From Thermoplasmata archaeon (GTDB lineage Archaea; Thermoplasmatota; Thermoplasmata; Lutacidiplasmatales; UBA184): DNA of 43,061 nt. The stretch spans positions 1-43,061 of the forward strand of contig JASHVA010000079.1 of NCBI GenBank assembly GCA_030039715.1. The letters run 5' to 3'. The notes under the pieces are model-generated. The model searched no databases, was not told the origin of the DNA, and was given only the letters and a program-made list of their open reading frames with translations. Numbering within the stretch: position 1 is the stretch's first letter; each line of letters starts with the position of its first letter. The position numbers and the translations under genes were made by a program. Below, one piece after another: positions 15,847-24,057 of this stretch.

Positions 15847-15903
15847 GCTCACTCGGCGGGACGTCGAGCGACCGTAGGCAGGTTGCCTTCGCGCCACGGT
15901 GGG

Positions 15904-15909
15904 TTTTAA
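15904..15909 (+). promoter_or_regulatory. TATA box candidate for the CDGSH gene
   Basis: TTTTAA centred about 29 nt upstream of ATG 15936. Confidence 0.4.
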
Positions 15910-15935
15910 CCCGCCGACGTTGTCGCGGAACTCGT

Positions 15936-16112
15936 ATGCCGAAGGTCGTGGTCCAGTCGATCGAGAACGGTCCGAACCTCGTGCTCGTGGACGGCAAGGC
16001 CGACGTCGCGCTCTGCCGCTGCGGTCACTCCGAGAAGAAGCCGCTCTGCGACGGGACCCACCGCAAGGTCGGATTCCGAGCCGCCGCCGCCACGACGACG
16101 ATCACCGAATAG
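15936..16112 (+). CDS. CDGSH-type iron-sulfur domain protein (58 aa)
   Basis: CRCGHSEKKPLCDGTH matches the C-x-C-x2-S-x3-P-x-C-D-G-x-H signature. It is the internal ATG of track ORF 15732..16112. Confidence 0.8.
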   Translation: MPKVVVQSIENGPNLVLVDGKADVALCRCGHSEKKPLCDGTHRKVGFRAAAATTTITE

Positions 16113-16140
16113 GGCGTCCGCCGCGGGCGACCCGGCGGTT

Positions 16141-16821
16141 TCACTCCCGTCGGGGTCGGCGGCGCCGGCGGGCGTCGTCGTCCGAGTCGGAGTCGTCGTC
16201 CCGCTCTCGCCGGGGACGCCCGCGCGGTGGGTACCGCGGACCGTCCCGGCGCGGTCCACCCGACCAGCTACGATCCGACCGACCGTATCGGGGGGGACCG
16301 CGGGAGCCGAATCGGTCGCGTCGTTCTCCGGGACCGCTGCCGAACCTCCGGGGAGGAAGCGTGAACCGATTGCCGCAGGAAGCGCAGACGCCCGTGATCG
16401 TCCCGTCCTCTGCCGTGCTGAACGAGAGCGGAGCGCCGCACTGGCGGCATGGCCGAGACCGCGATGCCCCCTCCCGGCCGGGCGCTTCGGTGCGCCCTCT
16501 CTCGCCTCGCTCCCTACGCGGGGGGACCGAGGAGAACACGGTGACGGTCTCGCACTCGGCACAGGAGACCTCGAGCGTCCCGTCGTCGCGCGCGACGACC
16601 TGGAGGCGCGAGCCGCAGTCCGCGCACTCCGGGCCCCCTTCGGCCGGGGCCGAGGATTCCGGGGAGCGCGTGGGTGCCTCCGAGTCGGGAGCCGAGCCGA
16701 GCGGCACGGCCGCCTCGAGGATCGTGGAGGACTGGTGGCACCCTCCGCAGGTCCCGGTGAGCACCCGGGCGGTCTGAGCGGAGTACTCCAGTTCGGCGCC
16801 GCAATGAGGACAGGTTCCCAT
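16141..16821 (-). CDS. Triple zinc-ribbon protein with an Arg/Gly-rich then acidic C-terminal tail; hypothetical
   Basis: 226 aa with three roughly 30-aa repeats: CPHCG..x..CGGC, CADCG..x..CAEC, CRQCG..x..CASC. The tail is PRRFGSGPGERRDRFGSRGPPRYGRSDRSWSGGPRRDGPRYPPRGRPRRERDDDSDSDDD. Confidence 0.7.
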   Translation of the reverse strand: MGTCPHCGAELEYSAQTARVLTGTCGGCHQSSTILEAAVPLGSAPDSEAPTRSPESSAPAEGGPECADCGSRLQVVARDDGTLEVSCAECETVTVFSSVPPRRERGERGRTEAPGREGASRSRPCRQCGAPLSFSTAEDGTITGVCASCGNRFTLPPRRFGSGPGERRDRFGSRGPPRYGRSDRSWSGGPRRDGPRYPPRGRPRRERDDDSDSDDDARRRRRPRRE

Positions 16822-16913
16822 GGTATCCTACGGGAGCCCAGCATCGAGCGCTCATTACATCGAGCCCACCGGTCGGCTCGCCGAGGGCCGGACGCTCGGC
16901 TTATCCGCGCGCG

Positions 16914-17510
16914 GTGCCCATGGGCCGGACGACGATGTCCGGCGCGGCGAGCCAGGGGAACCTCGAGGTCGCCACGCTCGGCGGCGGATGCTTCTGGTGC
17001 ACCGAGGCTGTCTTCAGCGAGCTCCGGGGCGTCGAGAGCGTGCTGCCGGGGTACGCCGGCGGGACGACGCCGAGCCCGAGCTACGAAGAGGTATGCACGG
17101 GCCGCACCGGCCACGCCGAGGTCGTCCAGGTGACGTTCGACCCGAAGACGATCTCCTACCACGACCTCCTGACGATCTTCTTCACCGTCCACGACCCGAC
17201 CACCCTGAACCGGCAGGGCGCGGACGTTGGAACCCAGTACCGATCGGTCGTGCTGTACCACGATGCGGCGCAAAAGGCGACCGCCGAGCAGGTGGTGCAG
17301 GAGCTCGAGAAGGAGAAGATCTGGCGGAAGAAATTCGTCACGCAGATCGTGCCGTTCTCGGTCTTCTACCCCGCCGAGGAGTACCATCGGGACTACTTCC
17401 GCCGCAATCCGTCCGGAGGGTACTGCCAGTTCGTGATCGCCCCCAAGGTCGCGAAGTTCCGGTCTCACTTCGCCGACCGCCTGCGGTCCGCGCCGACGGC
17501 CCGAGCCTAG
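16914..17510 (+). CDS. msrA: Peptide-methionine (S)-S-oxide reductase MsrA (alternative leaderless start ATG 16935)
   Basis: GGGCFWCTEAVF active site, GYAGG, GHAEVVQVTFDP, and RQGADVGTQYRS. Confidence 0.92.
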   Translation: MPMGRTTMSGAASQGNLEVATLGGGCFWCTEAVFSELRGVESVLPGYAGGTTPSPSYEEVCTGRTGHAEVVQVTFDPKTISYHDLLTIFFTVHDPTTLNRQGADVGTQYRSVVLYHDAAQKATAEQVVQELEKEKIWRKKFVTQIVPFSVFYPAEEYHRDYFRRNPSGGYCQFVIAPKVAKFRSHFADRLRSAPTARA

Positions 17511-18086
17511 TCAGAGCGCGAGCAGCACGAAGTACGCGGCAAAGCCGAACATGAGCGCCGCCGACGCGTAGACCACCGCCCGCGCGACGCGGGGTCGACC
17601 CCGCGTGCCCAGGTGGAGCGCGTACGGGAACGTAACGACCCAGACTACGATTGCGGCGAAGAGCCCCACGAACAGCACGACCCCCCCGAGATAGGCGAAC
17701 GCGAGGCCGGCCGTGAGCCACCACACGATCTGGAAGGGGTTGCTCAGGCCGAGCAGTATCGCTTGGGAGTACGTGCGGAACCCGGCGGTGGGCTCCGCCG
17801 GAGCCGCCCCGGACCGTTGGAGCAGGCGAACGCCGAAAACGACCATGACCGCCGCCCCGACCAGGTAGACCCAACGGACGATCGCGCCGAGGTCGACGAG
17901 CGACCGGAGCCCGTAGACGAGCAGTCCGAGGATCAGGTCGGCGCTCATCGCCCCGAAACCGGTGAGGACGCCGGCCCGCAGGGAGTGAACGGCCCGCGAC
18001 GCGATGAGGGCGTTCATCGGCCCGGGCGGTATCGTCAGGGAGAATCCGAGGGCAAAGCCGAAGAGCAGGTCGAAGGCGAACTGCAC
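17511..18086 (-). CDS. LysE/RhtB-family amino-acid exporter
   Basis: 191 aa, about 6 TM segments. N-terminal FALGFSLTIPPGPMNALI is typical of the family. Confidence 0.85.
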   Translation of the reverse strand: MQFAFDLLFGFALGFSLTIPPGPMNALIASRAVHSLRAGVLTGFGAMSADLILGLLVYGLRSLVDLGAIVRWVYLVGAAVMVVFGVRLLQRSGAAPAEPTAGFRTYSQAILLGLSNPFQIVWWLTAGLAFAYLGGVVLFVGLFAAIVVWVVTFPYALHLGTRGRPRVARAVVYASAALMFGFAAYFVLLAL

Positions 18087-18187
18087 GAGGCCACCCCGCG
18101 AAGGAGCACGAGCGGGGGCGTGAGATAGGGTCTCCCCTCAGGATCCGGGACCGGGCACTTCACGGGCGCGGGCCGTCCGAACGCGCT

Positions 18188-18193
18188 CTTATC
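18188..18193 (+). promoter_or_regulatory. TATA box candidate for ORF 18215
   Basis: CTTATC centred about 25 nt upstream of ATG 18215. Confidence 0.35.
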
Positions 18194-18214
18194 GGCGTTC
18201 GCGCTGGTCGGAGC

Positions 18215-18667
18215 ATGTACGGGGCCGCCCGAGACGGCTCGGACGCGCCGTGGATCCGAGTGGAGGGCCGGACGATGGCCCGACCGCGCTACCGACCCGC
18301 TCCCTTCGTGGAGGTCGAGAACTCCGCGGTGTGGTGGACCGCGCTCGCCCTCCTCGGCGCGCTGATCGTCCTGGGCGGAGGGTTCGCGGCCGCACTCGGG
18401 GATTTCCTCGCCGTCGGCGGCGTGGCGCTCTTCTTCGTCACGGCGGGGTTGGCGGGAGCGGAACGCCTCGAGCTGGCCACGACCGCCGGGGCCGCCGGGA
18501 TGATCTGGACCGCGACCGGGATCTCCATCGCCCTCGGGACCGACGGGTCGACGTTCGCGACCGGGCTGGGGTTCGTCGCATTCGGCGGCGGGGTGCTCGC
18601 GCTGGCCGGCACGGGGGCGCACCGTCTCCGCGGGCGAACGAAACGTATTTCGCGGCCGGCCGGCTGA
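18215..18667 (+). CDS. Small integral membrane protein, hypothetical
   Basis: 150 aa with Ala/Gly/Leu-rich TM segments. The promoter spacing supports ATG 18215. No recognised family. Confidence 0.5.
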   Translation: MYGAARDGSDAPWIRVEGRTMARPRYRPAPFVEVENSAVWWTALALLGALIVLGGGFAAALGDFLAVGGVALFFVTAGLAGAERLELATTAGAAGMIWTATGISIALGTDGSTFATGLGFVAFGGGVLALAGTGAHRLRGRTKRISRPAG

Positions 18668-18687
18668 GCCCGGTTCGGCGAGGCGCC

Positions 18688-19200
18688 ATGGTCGACGACG
18701 CACCGCGCACCGGTCACGTCTACCAGATCAACCGGAAGTCGCAAGTCCCCGGCGAGCACGGCCTGCCGAAGCGACCGGTCGCCGAAGCCGCGATCTACCG
18801 CGCGGGTCTCGAGGGGGACTACAACGTCTACCGCCACGACGTCTCCCACGACGATCCCGCGATGGCGATCCTCATCGTGCCGAAGGAGACGCTCGAGGAG
18901 TTTCGCCGGGAAGGCTGGCCGGTACAACCCGGCGACCTCGGCGAGAACATCACCTCGGTCGGGGTCCCGTACGGGGCGTTCCGGCCGGGTCGCCGCTTCC
19001 GAGTCGGCGGGGCGCTCCTCGAGATCTCAAAGCCGTGCACGCCGTGCGACAATCTGTTCCTCCTGCCGTACGTCGGGGAGGAGCGGGGCCCGGCGTTCCT
19101 CAAGGTGACGCTCGACCGGCGGGGCTGGTACGCGAGGGTCCTCGAAGAAGGGCCCGTGCGCACGGGCGACCGGATCGTGCCCGTCGAGGCCGGCGGCTGA
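18688..19200 (+). CDS. MOSC domain protein (YiiM-like)
   Basis: 170 aa. GENITSVGV, LLEISKPCTPCDNL (conserved Cys) and GWYARVLEEGPVRTGD. It is the in-frame tail of track ORF 18250..19200. Confidence 0.85.
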   Translation: MVDDAPRTGHVYQINRKSQVPGEHGLPKRPVAEAAIYRAGLEGDYNVYRHDVSHDDPAMAILIVPKETLEEFRREGWPVQPGDLGENITSVGVPYGAFRPGRRFRVGGALLEISKPCTPCDNLFLLPYVGEERGPAFLKVTLDRRGWYARVLEEGPVRTGDRIVPVEAGG

Positions 19201-19207
19201 ACTCCCG

Positions 19208-19621
19208 ATGCCGGACCGTCCGCGGACCGGCAAGGCCGGGGAGTCGCTGGACCGGGTGGAGGCCGCCGTCCACGAGGTGATCCGGGCCCTCGCTCCCGAG
19301 CTCCGGGTGGAGCGTCGCTGGGGTCACCCCTGGTACGTAGGGAACGACCTCGTCGTCCTGCCCGGAACGTTCTCGAAGCACGTCGGCGTCGAGTTCTGGC
19401 GGGGCACATCGCTCCGCGACCCGACTCACCTTCTCCAGGGTACGGGCAAGAACCTTCGCCATGCCCGGCTGCGCAGCACGCGGGAAGCGACCTCCCCCGC
19501 GATGATCGCGTTACTCCGCGAGGCCGTGGAACTCGACCGGAGGACGCCGCCGCGTGATCGGTCAAATCCCGCGCCCTCGGCGCCCCCGCCCGGACGGCCC
19601 GCGCGTGCGAAACCTCCTTGA
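19208..19621 (+). CDS. DUF1801 (YdhG-like) domain protein
   Basis: WGHPWYVGNDLVVLPGTFSKHVGVEFWRGTSLRDP...GTGKNLRHARL matches the DUF1801 pattern as I recall it. Confidence 0.7.
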   Translation: MPDRPRTGKAGESLDRVEAAVHEVIRALAPELRVERRWGHPWYVGNDLVVLPGTFSKHVGVEFWRGTSLRDPTHLLQGTGKNLRHARLRSTREATSPAMIALLREAVELDRRTPPRDRSNPAPSAPPPGRPARAKPP

Positions 19622-20064
19622 GCCCCGACTCCGTTCGGAACGCGCCGATGCCCGGGAAGTCGCCCAGCTGGGAGGACGCCGACATCCTGCTGCGGCTCGA
19701 CCTCCTCGCCGCCCAGGAAGAGACGCGCAAGGCGATCGACTGGTTCCGCACGACCCACCTCGGGCAGGAGGCGCCGAACGTCCACCCGATTCTGCGGGAC
19801 GCCCCCGAGTTCGTCTACGTCCACCGGTTCATCGAGCTGTTCGAGACGATGGGCACGCTCGTCAAGTTCCACCTGGTCAGCGAGGAGCTGATCCACGACC
19901 GCTGGGCGGTCCGTTCGATCTGGGAGTTCCTCAAGCCGACGATCGACCGCGAGCGTCGCACGATCGGCTCCCCCACCCTCGCGGAGAACTTCGAGTGGCT
20001 GGCCGAACGGAACCGGGCGTGGGCCGACCGTCGCTCGACGAAACCGAAAGCCGCCGGCAAGTAA
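19618..20064 (+). CDS. Hypothetical helical protein; distant paralog of ORF 31242..31790 (alternative start ATG 19648)
   Basis: The TTG start overlaps the upstream TGA (TTGA). Shares a FxEL...GTL-x5-(V/L)-x-EEL(I/V) ... (F/Y)EWL motif skeleton with 31242..31790. Confidence 0.6.
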   Translation: MSPDSVRNAPMPGKSPSWEDADILLRLDLLAAQEETRKAIDWFRTTHLGQEAPNVHPILRDAPEFVYVHRFIELFETMGTLVKFHLVSEELIHDRWAVRSIWEFLKPTIDRERRTIGSPTLAENFEWLAERNRAWADRRSTKPKAAGK

Positions 20065-20128
20065 CGCGCCGACCGCCGCCGGACCCAGAGTTTGTTAAGG
20101 TCGGCGGAGACTCGTCCGTCGGCAGGCG

Positions 20129-21031
20129 ATGCCCGAGCCGGCGCACGGGGAGGAGGAGGCGGAGCGGACGGTCCTCGCCGGGCTCCGGCTCGCGGTCGTG
20201 CTCTCGGCCGTCATCCTGGTCCTCGAGTCGATCGGCGCGTACTTCTCGCGCAGCCTGGCGGTCACGATCGATGCGCTCCACAACATCCCCGACCTCCTCG
20301 CCTTCGCGGTCTCGCTCGCCGCGTTGCGCGTGGTCGAGGAGGGGGCGACGGACCGATTCACGTTCGGCTCGCACCGCTTCGAGGTCTTTGCGGGCCTCCT
20401 CAACGCCGCGCTCGTGCTCGGCACGGGTCTCCTCTTCGGGTACGAAGGCGTCGTCGCCCTCGCCCACGGGACGAGCTTCGCGGGGCCGGTCGACGCCCTC
20501 TGGGTGCTCGCGGTCGCCGTGCCGACCCTCGCGCTGCGCGCCGCGAACGTAGTCTCCCTGCGGCGAGTGCCCGGTCGCGCGCGGGACCTCAATCTGAAGA
20601 GCGTGCTGGTGCACCTGGGGAGCGACCTCGGGATCACGGCGGTCGTCCTCGGGGCGGGTGTCCTCCTCCTCCTGGACCCCGCCGCCTCGGTCGCCGATCC
20701 CGCGGCGGCCGTGGTGATCGCGGCGGTGCTCGTCTACCAGTCGCTGCCGCTGTTCCGGGACGCCTGGGAGGTGCTCACGGAGAGCACTCCGCGGCACCTT
20801 TCCCTTCCCGCGATTGTGGCCGCCGCCCGGGGCACGCCCCGCGTCACGGACGTGCACGACGTCCACGTCTGGGCGGTCTGCCCGACCCTCGTCTGCATGA
20901 CCGCGCACATCGAGGTCCAGGAGATGTCGGTCCGCGAGGGGATGTCGGTCGTGGAAGCGTTGCGCGAGCGGATGGCGGACGAATTCGGCATCCTCCACGC
21001 GACCTTCGAGGTCGAGGTCCGCTCGGGCTGA
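20129..21031 (+). CDS. Cation diffusion facilitator (CzcD/ZitB-like) metal efflux protein
   Basis: 300 aa. TIDALHNIPDL, FGSHRFEVFAGLLNA, SVLVHLGSDLG, and a C-terminal domain with HDVHVWAV. Confidence 0.9.
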   Translation: MPEPAHGEEEAERTVLAGLRLAVVLSAVILVLESIGAYFSRSLAVTIDALHNIPDLLAFAVSLAALRVVEEGATDRFTFGSHRFEVFAGLLNAALVLGTGLLFGYEGVVALAHGTSFAGPVDALWVLAVAVPTLALRAANVVSLRRVPGRARDLNLKSVLVHLGSDLGITAVVLGAGVLLLLDPAASVADPAAAVVIAAVLVYQSLPLFRDAWEVLTESTPRHLSLPAIVAAARGTPRVTDVHDVHVWAVCPTLVCMTAHIEVQEMSVREGMSVVEALRERMADEFGILHATFEVEVRSG

Positions 21032-21040
21032 GCGGGCGGA

Positions 21041-21916
21041 CTACCGGGCGGGATCGGCGGGGGCCCGCAGCCGGCCGCGGTCGATCACGACCCACTGCCA
21101 GCCGTCCTCGACCTCCACGGGGGCGACCACGAGGTCGTTCCCCACGAGGTCGATGTGGAATCGCAGGAGCGAGGAGAACACCTCGTTCGTGTCGTCGCCC
21201 GTGCGGCGCGAGATCTCGGTGAGCGGCCCGAGCCACGTTCCGTCCTGGACGAGTTCGCGGAGGGCCCGCACGTAGCGGGGCAGACGGGGGTCGGTGCCCG
21301 ATCGGACGACGCGGGCGCTCGAGACGCCGGTGTGCCAGCGCTGCGGAAGACGGCGGTGGAAGACGTGCGGCGGCAGGTACGGTGCGCCGGCGGCATCTCC
21401 GTCCGACTCCTCCGGGATCGACGCGGCGCGTCCCTGGATCGCGTCGACCTCGTGCATGAGGTGATCGAGCTCGGTCATCGCCCAGCTGGGCGCCGGACGG
21501 TCCGGGCCGGGCGCCCCCGTGCCGGCCGCCACCGGAGGCGCCTCGGCGCCCGGCGTCAACGGCTGGTCGGCGGTCGGCAACTCCACGTCCGGGTCGGAGG
21601 CGCGGGCCTCGGCGACCCGGGCGAACTCCTCGATGTCTCCTTCGGGCACGGGTCGCAGGTTCCGGCGCATCCGGAACCGGTCGAGCGCCGCCCGGAGCTC
21701 GGGGCTCGGCACCGGGAACGCCCGGCGCCGCTCGCCGTCCTGGAGCTCGACCCACGGGCTCCCGTCCGCATCGCGTACGAGGCGCAGGTGAGCGTGGGTG
21801 ACCAGGTCCCGGTACAGCTCGTGCGCCGGCGGGCCGCCCATCGCGCCGATCGGCGGCACCCACTCGCCGCGACCGGCCTTCGCTAGGTCGAGTATCGACA
21901 GCTCCTCGTTCGGCAA
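21041..21916 (-). CDS. Hypothetical protein, no recognised domain (TTG start; alternative ATG about 75 nt downstream)
   Basis: 291 aa with very high third-position G+C and a balanced composition. Two folded-looking ends are joined by a Pro/Ala-rich linker. Confidence 0.6.
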   Translation of the reverse strand: MPNEELSILDLAKAGRGEWVPPIGAMGGPPAHELYRDLVTHAHLRLVRDADGSPWVELQDGERRRAFPVPSPELRAALDRFRMRRNLRPVPEGDIEEFARVAEARASDPDVELPTADQPLTPGAEAPPVAAGTGAPGPDRPAPSWAMTELDHLMHEVDAIQGRAASIPEESDGDAAGAPYLPPHVFHRRLPQRWHTGVSSARVVRSGTDPRLPRYVRALRELVQDGTWLGPLTEISRRTGDDTNEVFSSLLRFHIDLVGNDLVVAPVEVEDGWQWVVIDRGRLRAPADPAR

Positions 21917-22041
21917 CCCCGGACCACCCGTCGCACCCGGTTACGGGTTTCGGGACCTCGCCGGTCCCGAGGAAGGTTCGGCGTGCGTGGTATAGTCTTT
22001 TTCTCGGCAGAGGAAGCCCGTGGTCGGCCCCGGGAAGGTAG

Positions 22042-22218
22042 ATGGGAGCGAACGTCCTCTCCCGTTCGGTGTGCGACTTTCCCGAGGAAGAGCTCGAGGA
22101 GTGGCTCGCGTGGCTCGAAGCCGCCCGCGTCCGTTCGGAGGGGCCGGTGCGCTCCGGGGTCCTGCGGGAGCGATTCGCGCCGCTGCGACCGGTCGAGGCT
22201 CCGGCCGCCGAGGCGTGA
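22042..22218 (+). CDS. Small acidic hypothetical protein (58 aa), below the ORF-track cutoff
   Basis: ATG is preceded by GGAAGG and by TATAGT (21991-21996). Translation is MGANVLSRSVCDFPEEELEEWLAWLEAARVRSEGPVRSGVLRERFAPLRPVEAPAAEA. Third-position G+C is strongly enriched in this frame, whereas the tracked overlapping frame (22020..22253) is Arg/Gly junk. Confidence 0.35.
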   Translation: MGANVLSRSVCDFPEEELEEWLAWLEAARVRSEGPVRSGVLRERFAPLRPVEAPAAEA

Positions 22219-22228
22219 GCCCCGGCCC

Positions 22229-22984
22229 TCAGAATCCGCGGAAGACCTCGTAGTCGGTGTCGTCCGCCGGCACGCCCAGCCCCCGCGTCAGCAGCTCGAG
22301 GATGGGGGCGACCATTTCGGGGAGACCGGCGACGTAGCAGACCGGCTTCCGCTCGAGATGCCCTCGCTCCGCGATCCACTCCCGGTCGATCCGACCGACC
22401 CGCCCCGGCCAGTCCATAGGGGACTCCCGGGGCCGGGTCACGGTGTACTGGACCGAGAAGCGCGGATGCGCCCGGGCGAGCGCGTCCAGCTCCTCCCGGA
22501 AGATCAGCTCCTCGGGCACCCGTGCGGAGTAGAGGAGCGTGACGGGCGGGGACGTGCCGAGGTCCGCCGCGAATCGCAGCATCCCGCGGAACGGCGTGAT
22601 CCCGATGCCGCCGGCGAGAAAGAGCGCGGGGCGGGAGGGGTCGAAGAGGAACTGGCCGAGGGGGCCGAAGACGTGCGCGGTGTCCCCCGGGCGAAGGCGG
22701 GCGAGCGCCTGCTTGAACGGGGTGTCGGAGATCTTGGAAGTGATGGCGACGGTCCCGCGTTCGCTCGGGCTCGAGGAGATGGAGAAGGTCCGCACGGCCC
22801 CCCACGGGTCGTCCACGCCCGGGAGCCCGAGGCGGACGGCCTGCGTGGAGCGATAGGAGAACCCCGTCCCCTCCGTGGAGAACCGGAAGGAGATGGTCGA
22901 GGGCGACTCGACCCGACGCTCCACGAGGGGGAGGACGTACCGCGCGGGCACGGCGGCCCCCGAGTCCCCCGCCATCGGAAGCAT
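22229..22984 (-). CDS. Ferredoxin-NADP reductase-like FAD/NAD(P)-binding oxidoreductase (alternative starts 22975, 23059)
   Basis: RTFSISS (RxYS-type FAD motif), GPLGQF, LFLAGGIGITPF (NAD-binding), and LLYSARVPEELIFREEL. ATG 22984 lies about 30 nt downstream of the reverse-strand ACTAAGAGCC. Confidence 0.85.
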   Translation of the reverse strand: MLPMAGDSGAAVPARYVLPLVERRVESPSTISFRFSTEGTGFSYRSTQAVRLGLPGVDDPWGAVRTFSISSSPSERGTVAITSKISDTPFKQALARLRPGDTAHVFGPLGQFLFDPSRPALFLAGGIGITPFRGMLRFAADLGTSPPVTLLYSARVPEELIFREELDALARAHPRFSVQYTVTRPRESPMDWPGRVGRIDREWIAERGHLERKPVCYVAGLPEMVAPILELLTRGLGVPADDTDYEVFRGF

Positions 22985-23109
22985 TTCGCCCGGGAGCACC
23001 CGGGAGGGGCTCTTAGTGACCACGTTGACCGTCTCCCGGTCGCGGTCCCATAATCCCATAATCTGAACTCGGTTCGCGACGCGGGCGCGGGCGGGCAGGC
23101 GACGCACCG

Positions 23110-24015
23110 ATGGCGATGGCGACCCCGAGCGAAGAGCGGCGGAACCTCCTCCTCTTGGTCGTGCTCGGGCTGATCTGGGGCTCGGCGTATCCGGTGATCC
23201 GGTTCGGCATCGTCGCGGGAGCGACTCCGATCGCCTTCGCCGCGGTGCGCTACGCGTTCTCGGCGGCCGCGATCGCGGCCCTGGCGGCCGCGACCCGAGT
23301 GCCGCGGCCCTCCGCGCGCTCCCTCGGGCTCTCGGCCGTACTGGGCATCCCCATCGTCGGCCTCTACGGGCTCCTCCTCTACGTCGGCGAGGGCTCGACC
23401 TCGGGGGGTCTCTCCTCGATCCTCATCGCGGTCGCCCCCCTCCTCACCGTGCTCTTCGCCCTGCCGATCCTACCGGGAGAGTCGCTCAGTCGCCGGGCGC
23501 TCCTCGGGCTCGCGATCGGCTTTGTCGGCGTCTTCATCCTCGTCTTTCCGCCGGCCGGCATCGTCCTCGCGACCTCGGTGTGGGGCCCGATCGCGGTCGT
23601 CGGCGCTGCCGCCAGCTTCGCCTTCGGCTCCGTCGTCCTCCGTGCGAAGCGTCCCGAAGGGGAGACCCTCTGGGGCGTCTCGGTCCAGTTCGGGGTGGCG
23701 ACCCTGCTCCTGTTCGCCCTTCTTCCGCTCCTCGAGCCGAACTCCGCGTTCCCGTTCTCTCGCGACGTGCTCGGCTCGCTGGCCTACCTCGTCGTCTTCC
23801 CGTCGTTGATCGGCTACGCGATGTACTTCGCCCTGCACCACCGCGTCGGGCCGGGCCGCGCGAACGTCGTGGCGTACGTCAACCCGGTGGCGGCGCTGGC
23901 GGTCGGCACCCTCCTCCTCGGAGAGCCGTTCAACTGGTGGGAGCTCGCGGGCTTCGGCCTGATCGTCGTCGGCCTGACGCTCGTGACGGGGATCGGGCGG
24001 CGGCGGTCCGGCTGA
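23110..24015 (+). CDS. DMT-superfamily (EamA-like) transporter
   Basis: 301 aa, about 10 TM segments in two EamA-like halves. The N-terminus is LLLVVLGLIWGSAYPVIRFG. Confidence 0.85.
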   Translation: MAMATPSEERRNLLLLVVLGLIWGSAYPVIRFGIVAGATPIAFAAVRYAFSAAAIAALAAATRVPRPSARSLGLSAVLGIPIVGLYGLLLYVGEGSTSGGLSSILIAVAPLLTVLFALPILPGESLSRRALLGLAIGFVGVFILVFPPAGIVLATSVWGPIAVVGAAASFAFGSVVLRAKRPEGETLWGVSVQFGVATLLLFALLPLLEPNSAFPFSRDVLGSLAYLVVFPSLIGYAMYFALHHRVGPGRANVVAYVNPVAALAVGTLLLGEPFNWWELAGFGLIVVGLTLVTGIGRRRSG

Positions 24016-24057
24016 GGACGGACGGGCCCCCACATCCATTATCTTCCGGTCGTCCCC

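Noticed and set aside
18250-18687. N-terminal 146-aa extension of the MOSC ORF (track ORF 18250..19200). The upstream extensions of the ORFs at 9445, 26419, 15732, 5703..6689 and 37652..39520 are analogous.
   Set aside because: The extensions are Arg/Gly/Pro-rich and overlap better-supported genes or a tRNA. Internal starts carry Shine-Dalgarno-like or TATA-spacing support and give family-typical N-termini.
22020-22253. Track ORF of 77 aa starting at GTG 22020, right at leaderless distance from the TATAGT box.
   Set aside because: The translation (MVGPGKVDGSERPLPFGVRLSRGRARGVARVARSRPRPFGG...) is Arg/Gly junk and runs into the converging FNR-like gene. The ATG 22042 frame has far better coding character.
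23046-23062. Tandem duplication CCCATAAT-CCCATAAT, considered as a repeat element or a double TATA box.
   Set aside because: There are only two copies of an 8-mer. Its distance to both flanking start codons (22984 and 23110) does not fit the 25-31-nt spacing seen elsewhere, so chance or a weak UP-type A/T patch is the simpler reading.
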